Source of the DNA: a virus
Taxonomy: Duplodnaviria; Caudoviricetes
Length of the DNA stretch: 51,757 bases
IMG/VR virus record: IMGVR_UViG_3300036717_000008
Location: 1-51,757 of that record
Reading direction: 5' to 3' (one strand)
The translations under genes and the position numbers were made by a program. Positions 28,453 to 38,675 of this stretch are shown one piece after another. Below the pieces are notes generated by a model. That model did not search any database, was not told where the DNA came from, and saw nothing but the letters and a program-made list of their open reading frames with translations. How positions within the stretch are numbered: the first letter of the stretch is position 1; every line of letters begins with the position of its first letter.

Positions 28453-30739
28453 CTCCTAAATCAGTAGGAGCTTCATCAGTTTCATCTTTCTCCCATTCCT
28501 TAATCATCTGCTCTACAACCTCTTTTCTATTCTCGTACTTCTCGATAAGTCCATACCAATTCTCACCAGGAGATCGTACTACTTTAGTAAGACATCGCAA
28601 TCTGTGCATAACAACACTAGATTGCTCTTCCTCAACTGTACCTTTAAAGAACAGAAATTCTTGTAAAGTGTTAGATAAGGAATTAAGCCTACCAGCACGA
28701 GCTGATCCTTGAACTAAATCAATACCACTCCAACATGGACCGATAGTAACTTTTCTAGGTCTAGTCCACACATACTTAATGTCCTCCTCATAAGCATAAC
28801 CAGACTCTTTATGTCTAACTTTCCCTGGCTCAACTTTATCTTTAGGATTCTTATGAGTTTGATTCCATTTATCAATCATCTCTTTCCACTCTTTAAACCC
28901 TTCAACACTTTCGTTCCATCTAGTACAAAGTTCATCAGTATGATGTAATGATAACCCTACACCACCAGCTTTGTAAGTGTAGATACAATATAAAGATTGT
29001 CCAGATTGAAACTTATCAATCTCACGCTGACGTTCCTCTTTGTTCTGATTACCCAATCTATACTCTTTAGGTATGTCTTCAAGATTTCTATCTTGTACAT
29101 CATCAAGCATCATATCTTCAAGAGTTACACCCGCAGCATCAAAAATATCCTTATTAGCCATTACCTGTTTCTTAAGTTTCTGTTTAACAGATAATTGTGT
29201 TTGTCCACCGCCCCAAATTAAAGAGATATTATCACGACTAATGCCATAGTCCTCAATTAGAATTCTAACTACAGCAATGATAGTTTGTTTATTCTTAGCT
29301 GCCAGCGCAGCAGCATAACCCTCTTTAACATCATGAACCATCTGTGCAGCAAAGATGTACCGTTTTGAGTACTCTGCTGCCATTAGTAACTGACCTAACT
29401 CAATCATTGCTAAAAAGGCAGGATTGTCTGTTACCTGCTCCTTTAATTTTGCTTTACGGGCTAAGTATCTTTCCCATGCAGAATTAAACTCTTTACGAGC
29501 ATCATATTTAGCATTAGCGGGAGGGAAATCCATAACCCTCACAGAGTTTATGGCATTAAACTGCCACCTAACACCCTTAACCCTGACGATATAATCATCA
29601 AGATCATCCATCAATCTATCTACTGCTGTAGCATTATAGTCTTCAGGATCACAGTTCTCACCACAAATTGCTTTAGCATAAGTTGGCCACATTGCACTGG
29701 TTAATCTGGCACCAGGAATTCCAACAGTAGTACTAATATCTTTACGAGTAGCACATGCAAATGCTTTAAAATCTGCTACTCGTTGACCAGGTGTTGCAGA
29801 GATAAAGATAACAGTTGTGTTATCAGGAATGTCAATATACGACATTATGATTTTACTTTGTGTACTATCAGGATTTTTAACAGATTGACACTCATCAAGT
29901 AGTAACACACAAGGATTAATCATTGATTTCCATTGCCAATTAGTAACCTCTTCACCCTTTTCAATGGTATTAATTTCCTCAATCCATATTTGTCCTGCTC
30001 TAGTGTGCAACTTCTCAATATTTATAACCTCAGTCTCAGTGATAGGATCAATACCAAATTTGCTCTTTAGTACTCTCTTAGTTTGCTCTACAACAGAGTT
30101 ACGAGTAATGGCTATATAAGGCATATGACCCCATGTCTTACCCTTATGGAAATTCATGTCCTTAAGTCGTCTATCAACAGCACCCTGAATGAAAGTCTTG
30201 CCGCTGCCCGGGGCTGCTATCAGCATTACAGCACGATAACGCTTTACTACTAACTTATCTAGCATTTCTGCTGCACTTTTCTTTTGGAAATAATAGAGGT
30301 TTGCTTTCTCTTTTTCGGAGGGGACCAAGCCATAATCTGAGTCAATATTTTCTTTTGGCTTTTCTGGTTGATTGTCACGAACAATAGATAGCTTTTCCAA
30401 AACGGGTTCTGTAACCACACTATTGTTACCTTGTTTATAATTGACATTATCCCTATTCTCATCTTTAACAGTTTCAACTCTTGTGGCATTATCATTTGCT
30501 TCTCCTAGTTGTTTGTTTAGATTATCTTTTAAAGCAGTACAGAATGATTTGACATCATCAATAGTAACCTTTATATCACAGTTAGGTTGGCTATTAATCC
30601 ATGTGCTGTCATACCCTACCGTGGTATAAACATCTCGCCACGTTGAGATAGACTTTATACTAAAATAGCTAATCAACTTATTACATATAGCTTGTACAGC
30701 TAGACGTTGACGCTTGTCATTCTTTTCTTTTGGTGTCAT
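28424..30739 (-). CDS. Superfamily 2 helicase
   Basis: YFQ, APGSGKT, LLLDECQ, SATP, ERQREIDKFQ, AGGVGLSLH, QGSARAGR. Confidence 0.9.
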   Translation of the reverse strand: MTPKEKNDKRQRLAVQAICNKLISYFSIKSISTWRDVYTTVGYDSTWINSQPNCDIKVTIDDVKSFCTALKDNLNKQLGEANDNATRVETVKDENRDNVNYKQGNNSVVTEPVLEKLSIVRDNQPEKPKENIDSDYGLVPSEKEKANLYYFQKKSAAEMLDKLVVKRYRAVMLIAAPGSGKTFIQGAVDRRLKDMNFHKGKTWGHMPYIAITRNSVVEQTKRVLKSKFGIDPITETEVINIEKLHTRAGQIWIEEINTIEKGEEVTNWQWKSMINPCVLLLDECQSVKNPDSTQSKIIMSYIDIPDNTTVIFISATPGQRVADFKAFACATRKDISTTVGIPGARLTSAMWPTYAKAICGENCDPEDYNATAVDRLMDDLDDYIVRVKGVRWQFNAINSVRVMDFPPANAKYDARKEFNSAWERYLARKAKLKEQVTDNPAFLAMIELGQLLMAAEYSKRYIFAAQMVHDVKEGYAAALAAKNKQTIIAVVRILIEDYGISRDNISLIWGGGQTQLSVKQKLKKQVMANKDIFDAAGVTLEDMMLDDVQDRNLEDIPKEYRLGNQNKEERQREIDKFQSGQSLYCIYTYKAGGVGLSLHHTDELCTRWNESVEGFKEWKEMIDKWNQTHKNPKDKVEPGKVRHKESGYAYEEDIKYVWTRPRKVTIGPCWSGIDLVQGSARAGRLNSLSNTLQEFLFFKGTVEEEQSSVVMHRLRCLTKVVRSPGENWYGLIEKYENRKEVVEQMIKEWEKDETDEAPTDLGDGNTEEDDE

Positions 30740-30885
30740 ATTAATAAAAGTGAAACCCTCACTACCAAGGCCATTTGTGGAAGATTTGTCGGCCTGATAC
30801 TACCTGCAATACAATACGAATCCCATTACGCATTGATGCATTTGGGGTAATTCATTAGGTAAGGTAGTGAGAGATGTTGGTGAGA

Positions 30886-31161
30886 TTATTCGTCTGTTTT
30901 AATGAAAGTCGTGAAGGGCCAAACAGGATTATTTTCTGATAAATTTTCTTGCAAGGCTTTCATAGCTCCTTTTTCTATTTCAGGTGTTTGATTTGGATTT
31001 AGATTAAGAACCAGATTTTCTAATTGTTCAGACATAGATACCATAGCTAATGAGATGTATGCTAATCCTTTGACATCACTAGCTCGATTAATATCTATAT
31101 CAAGATCAGTGTTTAAGGTAAACGTGCTTGAATTTGAATTAAAGTCTATTGTTAATTTCAT
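30886..31161 (-). CDS. Hypothetical protein
   Basis: Packed ORF. Confidence 0.65.
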   Translation of the reverse strand: MKLTIDFNSNSSTFTLNTDLDIDINRASDVKGLAYISLAMVSMSEQLENLVLNLNPNQTPEIEKGAMKALQENLSENNPVWPFTTFIKTDE

Positions 31162-31162
31162 A

Positions 31163-31408
31163 TTACGGTTTGATGTGGTATTGTTTTAAAGCTTCACAAA
31201 TTAGTCGTTCAATAAATTCTGCCTCTTGATCTTCTGGAGAACATAGGTAATTTAAGACTCTAACTAAGCATTCATGCATCTTTTTGTTTTCTTTGTAGAG
31301 TTCATCCATCTCAATAGTCATGTTATAGATTCGAGCTTGAAGTCTCATTGTTTGATCATAAGGGGATGTGGTTCTTTGATTTAGCAAAATACCCTCTTCT
31401 TCACTCAT
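31163..31408 (-). CDS. Hypothetical coiled-coil protein
   Basis: Packed ORF with ATGA overlap. Confidence 0.65.
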   Translation of the reverse strand: MSEEEGILLNQRTTSPYDQTMRLQARIYNMTIEMDELYKENKKMHECLVRVLNYLCSPEDQEAEFIERLICEALKQYHIKP

Positions 31409-31854
31409 AACTCCTCCACACTTGTTATTAGTTTACGAACTCCCCAATACTCATGCACAACCGGCCAAGTTGTATCTATGTTATTTAACATCCTCATAGC
31501 CATCATAGATGCATGACTATAAGGTAAAGCTGGTGTCTTTCTAATCATTGCCTGTGCTATAAGCTTATGATTAGCTTCTCGAATCCAATGTTCAATGCGC
31601 CTTTTATCAGAGTATTCTTTACGTCGTCTCAAGATCTCTAAATCCTCATTCCAAGCTTTAAGATGCCACAATACACATACATCATTATCCCACACTACTT
31701 TATGTGTAGTTGAAGTCTTAAACAATTGCGCTAGTATTAGACCAGTCTTTGGTGGCACCTCACACTTAGCTGATCCATGCGGGGAACCATAATAGTCACC
31801 GAGAAGAATATAGAGAAGTTCTGAAAGAGGAATAGTTATGTTTTGGTCATTCAT
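31405..31854 (-). CDS. Hypothetical protein
   Basis: 149-aa ORF. Confidence 0.7.
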   Translation of the reverse strand: MNDQNITIPLSELLYILLGDYYGSPHGSAKCEVPPKTGLILAQLFKTSTTHKVVWDNDVCVLWHLKAWNEDLEILRRRKEYSDKRRIEHWIREANHKLIAQAMIRKTPALPYSHASMMAMRMLNNIDTTWPVVHEYWGVRKLITSVEEL

Positions 31855-31967
31855 AGTTGTGGACTATTCGGAAATTAACACATGACAATTAGTCGCATTA
31901 ACTATTGACCTGATTATCAGATCGCCTGATGCAACAGAAACAGGTAGCTTTTGTAACTGTCATGTAG

Positions 31968-32297
31968 TCAAATTCCTTTAAGCTTAAAGTCAGGAGTCAA
32001 TGCTTGAATAAATTCTTGCATATTCTCAAACACATAGCAATCCCAGCCTGGACAACGATCATTTATGGCATCCTGTACTGATGCATAAACTCCTAAATGG
32101 CCGCAAGGCTGATTCATGCTACGAAAAATAAATCCACCTCTATTATTTCCAATCTCCGGTTCATGTCGTAAAATATAAATTATTCTTCCATTGGTTAAAA
32201 TAAAAACCTTACCCAAGATATAGTCTTGGTTACAGATTTGTTTAACAGAAATTTGTGACACCTGCTCTTGATCAACTACTTTTTTCATATTTGTCAT
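31968..32297 (-). CDS. Hypothetical protein (resembles 33205..33504)
   Basis: Shares a (S/T)(V/I)QDA(I/V)...F...EF/LF C-terminal pattern with the 33205 ORF. Confidence 0.65.
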   Translation of the reverse strand: MTNMKKVVDQEQVSQISVKQICNQDYILGKVFILTNGRIIYILRHEPEIGNNRGGFIFRSMNQPCGHLGVYASVQDAINDRCPGWDCYVFENMQEFIQALTPDFKLKGI

Positions 32298-32391
32298 TTG
32301 GTTGTGGTTAACTAAGTAGAATCAATAATAATTTATTGATTCTAGTTAATTGACATACTCTACTGTGTATGTCAGACAGTGCTAGGGTCAA

Positions 32392-33036
32392 TTACTCAGG
32401 ACGAACAGTGTCCGTCTCAACCTCCTTAGACTTCTTGTTAATCCGCTCGTCATACTCAGCTTTACGCTGAGTCATGATAGCACCGAGCTTGGTGAATTTC
32501 TCACCAATAGCTTTGCGTTCCTCGTCAGTACGGGCTGCAATCATGTCAGTAACAAACTGAGTTTGAGCACTGGTATAAGTTGCAATTGCTTCATCCAACA
32601 GTTCCCGCAATTCAGAGATACGCAACTGAGCAACAGAGAAGTCTTGGATACTACGCAAGAACTTGTCCAGCTGAAACACACCCTTTTGTTCACCTGCGTC
32701 AGGAATAGCATCAAGATGTGCATCTTGTGCAAACCGTTTACAGAAGATGTTCAGAATGGTCTGAACCTTCTCTTTCGAGATGAACCTCAAACCATTAAGG
32801 AAGGTTTCATCTTGTTCAATGAGCTTACCATCTTCCACATTGATCTGTGGAGCTTGATAAACAATACCATCCCAATTGCCACGTTTACCCGCAAATGGTG
32901 TCAATGGAAGTTTAACTCCATTACGTTCCACGACATAAGGTTTGACCTTACTAAGGTCAGGAGCAACCTTTTCAGTGGTAACAGGAGGAGGCAATGGAAC
33001 AGTAGGAGCAGTATGTTGATGTTCGTGTTCAGACAT
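32392..33036 (-). CDS. Hypothetical protein, probably highly expressed
   Basis: 214 aa, first gene after a sigma-54 promoter, followed by two hairpins (32318-32374). Confidence 0.8.
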   Translation of the reverse strand: MSEHEHQHTAPTVPLPPPVTTEKVAPDLSKVKPYVVERNGVKLPLTPFAGKRGNWDGIVYQAPQINVEDGKLIEQDETFLNGLRFISKEKVQTILNIFCKRFAQDAHLDAIPDAGEQKGVFQLDKFLRSIQDFSVAQLRISELRELLDEAIATYTSAQTQFVTDMIAARTDEERKAIGEKFTKLGAIMTQRKAEYDERINKKSKEVETDTVRPE

Positions 33037-33142
33037 ATTATGTTTTCTTTTTGTTTTGATTAACTATTTGTTATTCGTGGTTAATCGTTCACGTTTCCGT
33101 TAGTTGGAAATTGGAAATTGTGGATTGCAAGGAGATTGTATA

Positions 33143-33159
33143 AGCAATTATCATGCCAA
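33143..33159 (-). promoter_or_regulatory. Sigma-54 promoter
   Basis: TTGGCATGATAATTGCT; intergenic and correctly oriented. Confidence 0.88.
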
Positions 33160-33204
33160 CTATCAACAGCATGTAATCGTTAACGATAAATATATAGTGT
33201 TATA

Positions 33205-33504
33205 TTAATCCTCTGCAAGCCATTTAAATAGTTCCTTATAAGTATCAAATTGGAATATGGTAAAATTGTCTTGAGCTTTGGTAACAGCATCTTGTATAGT
33301 GACGCAATTTTCAAATCCACTAAAACGACTACCTTCGGTTAAATCTATGGCACAAAAGATTATAAATTTACCATTATGTGGTAAAGCAGAGACAAATCCC
33401 TTATCACTAGTGTATTTATGAATCACTCCATAATATTTGTCTGAACTAGCATTTAAAGGATTAATAGTTGGAATATGGACCTCGTTAATAACTTGTATTT
33501 TCAT
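33205..33504 (-). CDS. Hypothetical protein
   Basis: 99-aa ORF ending FDTYKELFKWL. Confidence 0.65.
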   Translation of the reverse strand: MKIQVINEVHIPTINPLNASSDKYYGVIHKYTSDKGFVSALPHNGKFIIFCAIDLTEGSRFSGFENCVTIQDAVTKAQDNFTIFQFDTYKELFKWLAED

Positions 33505-33505
33505 A

Positions 33506-33715
33506 TCACTTGTGTTTAATTATTACAGTTTGTTGTGTTTCATTACTGGAAGGAAATTGAATATCAATATGGTTAATTGATTGCTGTTGCTGAGAAGAAT
33601 GGCTTCGCGGAAGTCGGCTTCGCATAAGCTCTTTACATGCTCTTGGGATAATTCTCCATAGAATCGCCCAAACATCTTGTTCATTACGGATATAGCGGAT
33701 TGTTGATGGTTTCAT
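33506..33715 (-). CDS. Hypothetical protein
   Basis: Packed ORF. Confidence 0.55.
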   Translation of the reverse strand: MKPSTIRYIRNEQDVWAILWRIIPRACKELMRSRLPRSHSSQQQQSINHIDIQFPSSNETQQTVIIKHK

Positions 33716-33733
33716 ATTAATTGTGTTTGGTTA

Positions 33734-34393
<660 letters not shown>

Positions 34394-34423
34394 ATTATGA
34401 TGCTCCAGACTAGAGCGTGGAAT

Positions 34424-34627
34424 TCAATGTGATGAAAGGTTGTCATGGTAAAGGTAATCATCCCATTGTTTATTATAACACGTTTTACATATCCCATGAC
34501 TGGTGCGACGATGGAATAAGGCTTTTCTTAGCCATTTACGGCACCATGCACATTGGATACTGGTTGTTAGGTAGAATAGTAGTTTTTTCATATTATTTGG
34601 ATGATGGAATTGTACTTTTGTTTTCAT
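34424..34627 (-). CDS. Small zinc-finger protein
   Basis: CAWC...SHGICKTC. Confidence 0.6.
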   Translation of the reverse strand: MKTKVQFHHPNNMKKLLFYLTTSIQCAWCRKWLRKALFHRRTSHGICKTCYNKQWDDYLYHDNLSSH

Positions 34628-34638
34628 ATTATTGTCCG

Positions 34639-34851
34639 TCAGTTGGGCTTACCAAAGTACCCGAGGCCAAGCTTGTTACGCACATGGTTTGCTTTCAAAT
34701 TTTTGCTTCTCAGAAAATGTTGCCAGTTACTAAAACCGCATTGCCTAGATGCCTCATCCAAAGCTTCATGATGAGGGATGCCTAGTTCCTTTTTTATTCT
34801 AGAGGTTAGCCGCTTGATATGTTCAACAGTATGATTTTGCATAACAATCAA
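34639..34851 (-). CDS. Small helical protein (Glyoxalase_8/DUF5623-like N-terminal domain)
   Basis: IKRLTSRIKKELGIPHHEALDEASRQCGFSNWQHF. Confidence 0.6.
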   Translation of the reverse strand: MIVMQNHTVEHIKRLTSRIKKELGIPHHEALDEASRQCGFSNWQHFLRSKNLKANHVRNKLGLGYFGKPN

Positions 34852-35162
34852 TTAGCTGTCATGGCATTAATAGCCTGTTGTTTGAGAAATTCAAGTTGTT
34901 GTTCACAGTAAGCTTTGTCACAATTAAACTGGTTATCTCCACTATGTGCTGTATCAAAACCCAGCCACCAATAACCTTTCTCAGAATTATCAGGTAACTC
35001 ATTCTGTGAATAAGTGAGTCCACCATGAACATCAGCATCAATATGATTATATTCTTTATTATACCAAGGATGTTCATGAGGAACACCGATGTAACCATTA
35101 GCATAACCATGAGATATGCTATTAAGGTGAGTAATTGGGATTAGTTTTGTTTTAATTTTCAT
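34848..35162 (-). CDS. Conserved phage protein (VHGGLTY/GFDTAH family)
   Basis: NGYIGVP..HPWY, DVHGGLTYS, WWLGFDTAH. Confidence 0.75.
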   Translation of the reverse strand: MKIKTKLIPITHLNSISHGYANGYIGVPHEHPWYNKEYNHIDADVHGGLTYSQNELPDNSEKGYWWLGFDTAHSGDNQFNCDKAYCEQQLEFLKQQAINAMTAN

Positions 35163-35171
35163 AATATTATT

Positions 35172-35264
35172 CTAGTTGGTCGGTTTTTCTTTTCTCGCTC
35201 TTAAGGTTTCTTTATGTAAGCAACCACAGCTTTTAGTCGCGCCTTTCTTAAGGTGTTTTATCAT
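35172..35264 (-). pseudogene. Fragment resembling an HNH/AP2 homing endonuclease N-terminal repeat
   Basis: 30-aa ORF MIKHLKKGATKSCGCLHKE; no nuclease domain nearby. Confidence 0.55.
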
Positions 35265-35288
35265 GTTGTTTTTTCTTGTTTGAGAAGT

Positions 35289-35612
35289 TTATTGTCCGTC
35301 AGTTGGGAGGAGAGACTTGAGAAAGACAAGTTCTTTCTTAGCATGAATTAGAAAGTTGGGAAAATCCTCACCTAAAAAACTCCGATTAATATTTTCATAT
35401 GGAGAATTACGACAACCCTCTAACCCGGTGCGTTCATAGACAGGACATCCAATACATATTTTACCCAACCTCTTTTTTAGAGGTGTATTAAATAGTCCAC
35501 ATAGAGCACAGGATGACGGACCAATATTAGCATCATCTAATGACGTTGCATTGGATAATTCTTCCCAGTGCTGGATTGATACCTTTAAGGCGGTTAAAGT
35601 TTCAGGATTCAT
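35289..35612 (-). CDS. Cys-rich hypothetical protein
   Basis: SIQHWE, CALC, CIGCPV...GC.NSPY. Confidence 0.7.
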   Translation of the reverse strand: MNPETLTALKVSIQHWEELSNATSLDDANIGPSSCALCGLFNTPLKKRLGKICIGCPVYERTGLEGCRNSPYENINRSFLGEDFPNFLIHAKKELVFLKSLLPTDGQ

Positions 35613-35626
35613 AGTTGATATGTTTT

Positions 35627-36181
35627 TTAAAATGGGTATTGTATAATTTCTCGTATTTTGTCAGCTTGCCATTTCCATTCATTAATAGGAGACCAACCAA
35701 CACCAACACCAACACTCAAGACAGCATAATAAATGGTCGTGGAAGTCATATGAGTAATGTTTTCATAGTGAGTATACATAGTTGAACGAGCTGCACATGA
35801 TGCAGCATGTGCAGCTTGTTTAGCACTATAATCAATTGATAATACGGCAGCCTCACAAGCCCCAAAGCTAGCTTTATCGGCTTCATTAACGGTAATATAT
35901 GATGGCTCTGTTAACCAACGCTTCGCTGCTTCAATTGCTTGTTTTGGTTTATTATTTTCAGGGTATTTTTCTTCAAACTTAAATAATACATGCTCTGCAC
36001 AAGCAATTGCGATCTTGACTGAATGATCTTTGTTTAAACGATTAGTTTTTCTTAAAAACCAAATCAACCAATTTCCATGGTGACACTCATTCCATGCACG
36101 TATTGGATCATAATCAACTGATTCCATGAATTGAATAGATTCATAGCACGGGTTTAAGTCTAAAAATTCTTGTTTTGTCAT
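35627..36181 (-). CDS. Imm5-like/Ala-rich early protein
   Basis: AIACAEHVL..FE..YP....PKQAIEAAKRWL. Confidence 0.65.
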   Translation of the reverse strand: MTKQEFLDLNPCYESIQFMESVDYDPIRAWNECHHGNWLIWFLRKTNRLNKDHSVKIAIACAEHVLFKFEEKYPENNKPKQAIEAAKRWLTEPSYITVNEADKASFGACEAAVLSIDYSAKQAAHAASCAARSTMYTHYENITHMTSTTIYYAVLSVGVGVGWSPINEWKWQADKIREIIQYPF

Positions 36182-36192
36182 AATTGATATGT

Positions 36193-36543
36193 CTATTGGC
36201 TAAATTTGAAGTATAAAGTCATTTTGATTTTTCCCTCTGCTAAATTGGTAAGGAAGTTGTCAATGCCAGTACCTAGAAAGACATTAGTCTCTTTTGAAAA
36301 AGATTGATCATGTCTCCAATGGCTACAAAAGTCACATATTTCAAACCAGAGTTTTATAGGCGTAAAGCCTTCAGCAGGTGTTTTCCTAAGTATTAGAGTA
36401 AATCGTTCTTTATTAGGGATGTACTTTCCAACTTGGGTCATACAAAGAGCCAAAGTTTGGTTATTCCATTCACATTCCCATCCACCCTCGTTAGAATAAA
36501 CAAACTGTAATTTGATTGGTGTTTTCATAATTGGTGTTTTCAT
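36193..36543 (-). CDS. Hypothetical protein
   Basis: ATGA-coupled; duplicated MKTPI start. Confidence 0.65.
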   Translation of the reverse strand: MKTPIMKTPIKLQFVYSNEGGWECEWNNQTLALCMTQVGKYIPNKERFTLILRKTPAEGFTPIKLWFEICDFCSHWRHDQSFSKETNVFLGTGIDNFLTNLAEGKIKMTLYFKFSQ

Positions 36544-36827
36544 ACGTAAATGCTTCCTGCATCAATGTCCCACGCGTGAATGCTTCCTGCATCAATGTTT
36601 CTCGCATCAATGTTTTCCGCATCAATACTCCACGCATCAATGTTTTCCGCGTGAATGTTTCCTGCGTAAATGTTCCATGCGTGAATATCTCCCGCGTAAA
36701 TGTTCCCTCTAATTTGCATCGAAGCTTCGATGCAAATTGGGAAGGTAAATTTCACTGAGTCATTTACGATCAGTTTTCCATCCTTAATATCTGCCTTGAC
36801 CTCTTCAAGGTTATGGTAAGTTTTCAT
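36540..36827 (-). CDS. Five-residue-repeat (beta-solenoid-like) protein
   Basis: 11 x [GWER][NDS]I[YHD][AV], encoded by 15-nt tandem repeats at about 36543-36707. Confidence 0.75.
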   Translation of the reverse strand: MKTYHNLEEVKADIKDGKLIVNDSVKFTFPICIEASMQIRGNIYAGDIHAWNIYAGNIHAENIDAWSIDAENIDARNIDAGSIHAWDIDAGSIYV

Positions 36828-36831
36828 AATG

Positions 36832-36993
36832 TTATCGATTCCATGAAGGATGGTTAAATACAGTTTCTAATGGCACCATTCGTCGTCCTGATTCACCATT
36901 CAAGGCTTTACCTTTTGCCTTGTGACGGGAAGTGCCCGACCAATAAGGGAAACTTTGCTTTCTCTTCATGAATCGTTTATGTTTTGTGCTCAT
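36832..36993 (-). CDS. Small basic protein, 53 aa (not in ORF track)
   Basis: Manual translation MSTKHKRFMKRKQSFPYWSG...; A-rich upstream. Confidence 0.5.
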   Translation of the reverse strand: MSTKHKRFMKRKQSFPYWSGTSRHKAKGKALNGESGRRMVPLETVFNHPSWNR

Positions 36994-37372
36994 AATTTTT
37001 GTTTCCTTTTGTTTTGTTATTTGTCAACTGAGAGTAATGCACAGATTTTCACCTATGCACTATTGCTCATTCGACTTATTGAAGCAATCACCTCCAAAGC
37101 TCTTAACTAATAGAGGGACTTGACTGATATATCCAATTCATTTTCTTGGATTTCCATAATAGTTGAATGCTGAAGTCTAGTCTATGGTTCATAATGCACT
37201 ATGAAAACATTACTCACATTCGTTAGGGACATACAATACGCGAATATTGTTCTACCCTTAAACTTCAGCAGTCAACCATTATGGTTATCTATTTACAGTC
37301 ATCAGACATCCTAATTGTGCTCGTCACACACTCACCTATTCGGATAGTATTCCAGTGAGATATGGTTAACCA

Positions 37373-37389
37373 AGCATATTACATGCCAA
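37373..37389 (-). promoter_or_regulatory. Sigma-54 promoter
   Basis: TTGGCATGTAATATGCT; intergenic, heads the early cluster. Confidence 0.8.
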
Positions 37390-37550
37390 TGCATGTTCTA
37401 TCTATTGATCCATTTTTAAATAACTCACCTCGTTGCTACCTACACGGTGTTAAGGATTTCAGGGTTTGCATGTTCTTAGTTGCGTTGATAACAGTATTAG
37501 ATGTTATAACGGGTTAGAACATACAATCATCACGGTCTTATTTGTCAGAG

Positions 37551-37608
37551 AAAATAAAAAGCCGGACTAAAGTGAGCTTTTGTAAGCTGCTAACTCTAGC
37601 CCGGCTTG
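37551..37608 (-). terminator. Intrinsic terminator after the first minus-strand gene
   Basis: AAGCCGGGCTAGAG...CTTTAGTCCGGCTT followed by a T-tract. Confidence 0.7.
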
Positions 37609-37627
37609 TGTCGTGAGTAGTTGTTGA

Positions 37628-38023
37628 TTAGGGTTTTACCGGTTTCTCGTTCAGACTTGCCAAGTACTCTTCCTTAAACTTGGCTGCCCACACTTCGCAA
37701 CAGGCGGGAACATCGGCTTGGATGCCCATTTTATACACCGGTTCATCGGTGCTACCATTGTTGGCGATGCGGTTGATTTGCATGCCAAACAGCAACAATT
37801 GTGCCCATGCTGCATTCAACGGGAGTGAGAGAGTATGTCCCTCTTTCGATGTGATACGTCCCTTTGTCCCTACAGACCACCCGGTTGCTTTGGACACAAT
37901 GCTACCTTCCAGTCGTCCCACATTCGCCGCCGTGTCATTGACCAACTTGTCAAATGCGGGACCGAATTCATCGGAGAAACAGGACAATTCCGCACGAACA
38001 TTAAGGTTATTAATTTTGCTCAT
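37628..38023 (-). CDS. Hypothetical first early protein (131 aa, GC-richer)
   Basis: ATG with AT-rich context at 38023; followed by a terminator. Confidence 0.75.
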   Translation of the reverse strand: MSKINNLNVRAELSCFSDEFGPAFDKLVNDTAANVGRLEGSIVSKATGWSVGTKGRITSKEGHTLSLPLNAAWAQLLLFGMQINRIANNGSTDEPVYKMGIQADVPACCEVWAAKFKEEYLASLNEKPVKP

Positions 38024-38229
38024 AATACTATCTTTCCTATACTCCATGCCCAACTTGTCCAAGGTTTGATTGTCGCCTGTGTCACATGTATTACCCCAAC
38101 AATGATGGATTAACCATGGTATGTTGGGTACGCCTTTGGCGGTTCAAATTGTCAAATAAGTTTAAGACATGGAAATTACCTTGTGTATAACCTTAAGTTA
38201 TTCCCTAATATCTACTCACGACGAAATTA

Positions 38230-38668
38230 ATTGTCATTAATCAGCTGTCTAATGACAGGTGACTAATCAGGTTATTCGCCGTGTGACCTATTGGATAGTG
38301 ACGCCTGACCGCCTGTCTTTCGGCTATGTAAGCTAGCGAGTGTCTATTGGCTCCTTAATCTAGCTGCCGTCACCGGCGTGTGATTGTGTCCTACTAACAG
38401 TCGATCAGGAGTCACTATCCAATCTGTCATACCCAATAGTCCGGCTATCGTCCGCTAGTGCCTTACGTTGTCTCCAGTCTCATAGTTGGTTCGCATGCTG
38501 TCTGAAGTGTCCTGCGTTGCACAGGGTGTCATCATGCGTCAATCTAACCGGGTGAGTACTAGCTATTGTCGCTTACTATATTGGGTGCGGTGGTCTATTC
38601 AGGGTGCTAGCCCTATACCTGCCGATCAGGTCCGCTATGTGCCGTAGCGCACTCATGTGTGCGGACCT
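38230..38668 (-). ncRNA. Candidate large structured ncRNA or leader (strand inferred from the adjacent promoter)
   Basis: No ORF of 60 aa or more; GC-rich; consecutive long hairpins at 38281-38432, 38431-38586, 38588-38624 and 38628-38668. Confidence 0.6.
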
Positions 38669-38675
38669 TGCCGTT

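Noticed and set aside
31924-31945. Hammerhead-like CTGATG...GAAAC
   Set aside because: The core is CUGAUGC rather than CUGANGA, and stem II is absent.
36543-36707. CRISPR array or DGR repeats
   Set aside because: These are contiguous coding 15-mers without spacers, and no reverse transcriptase is present.
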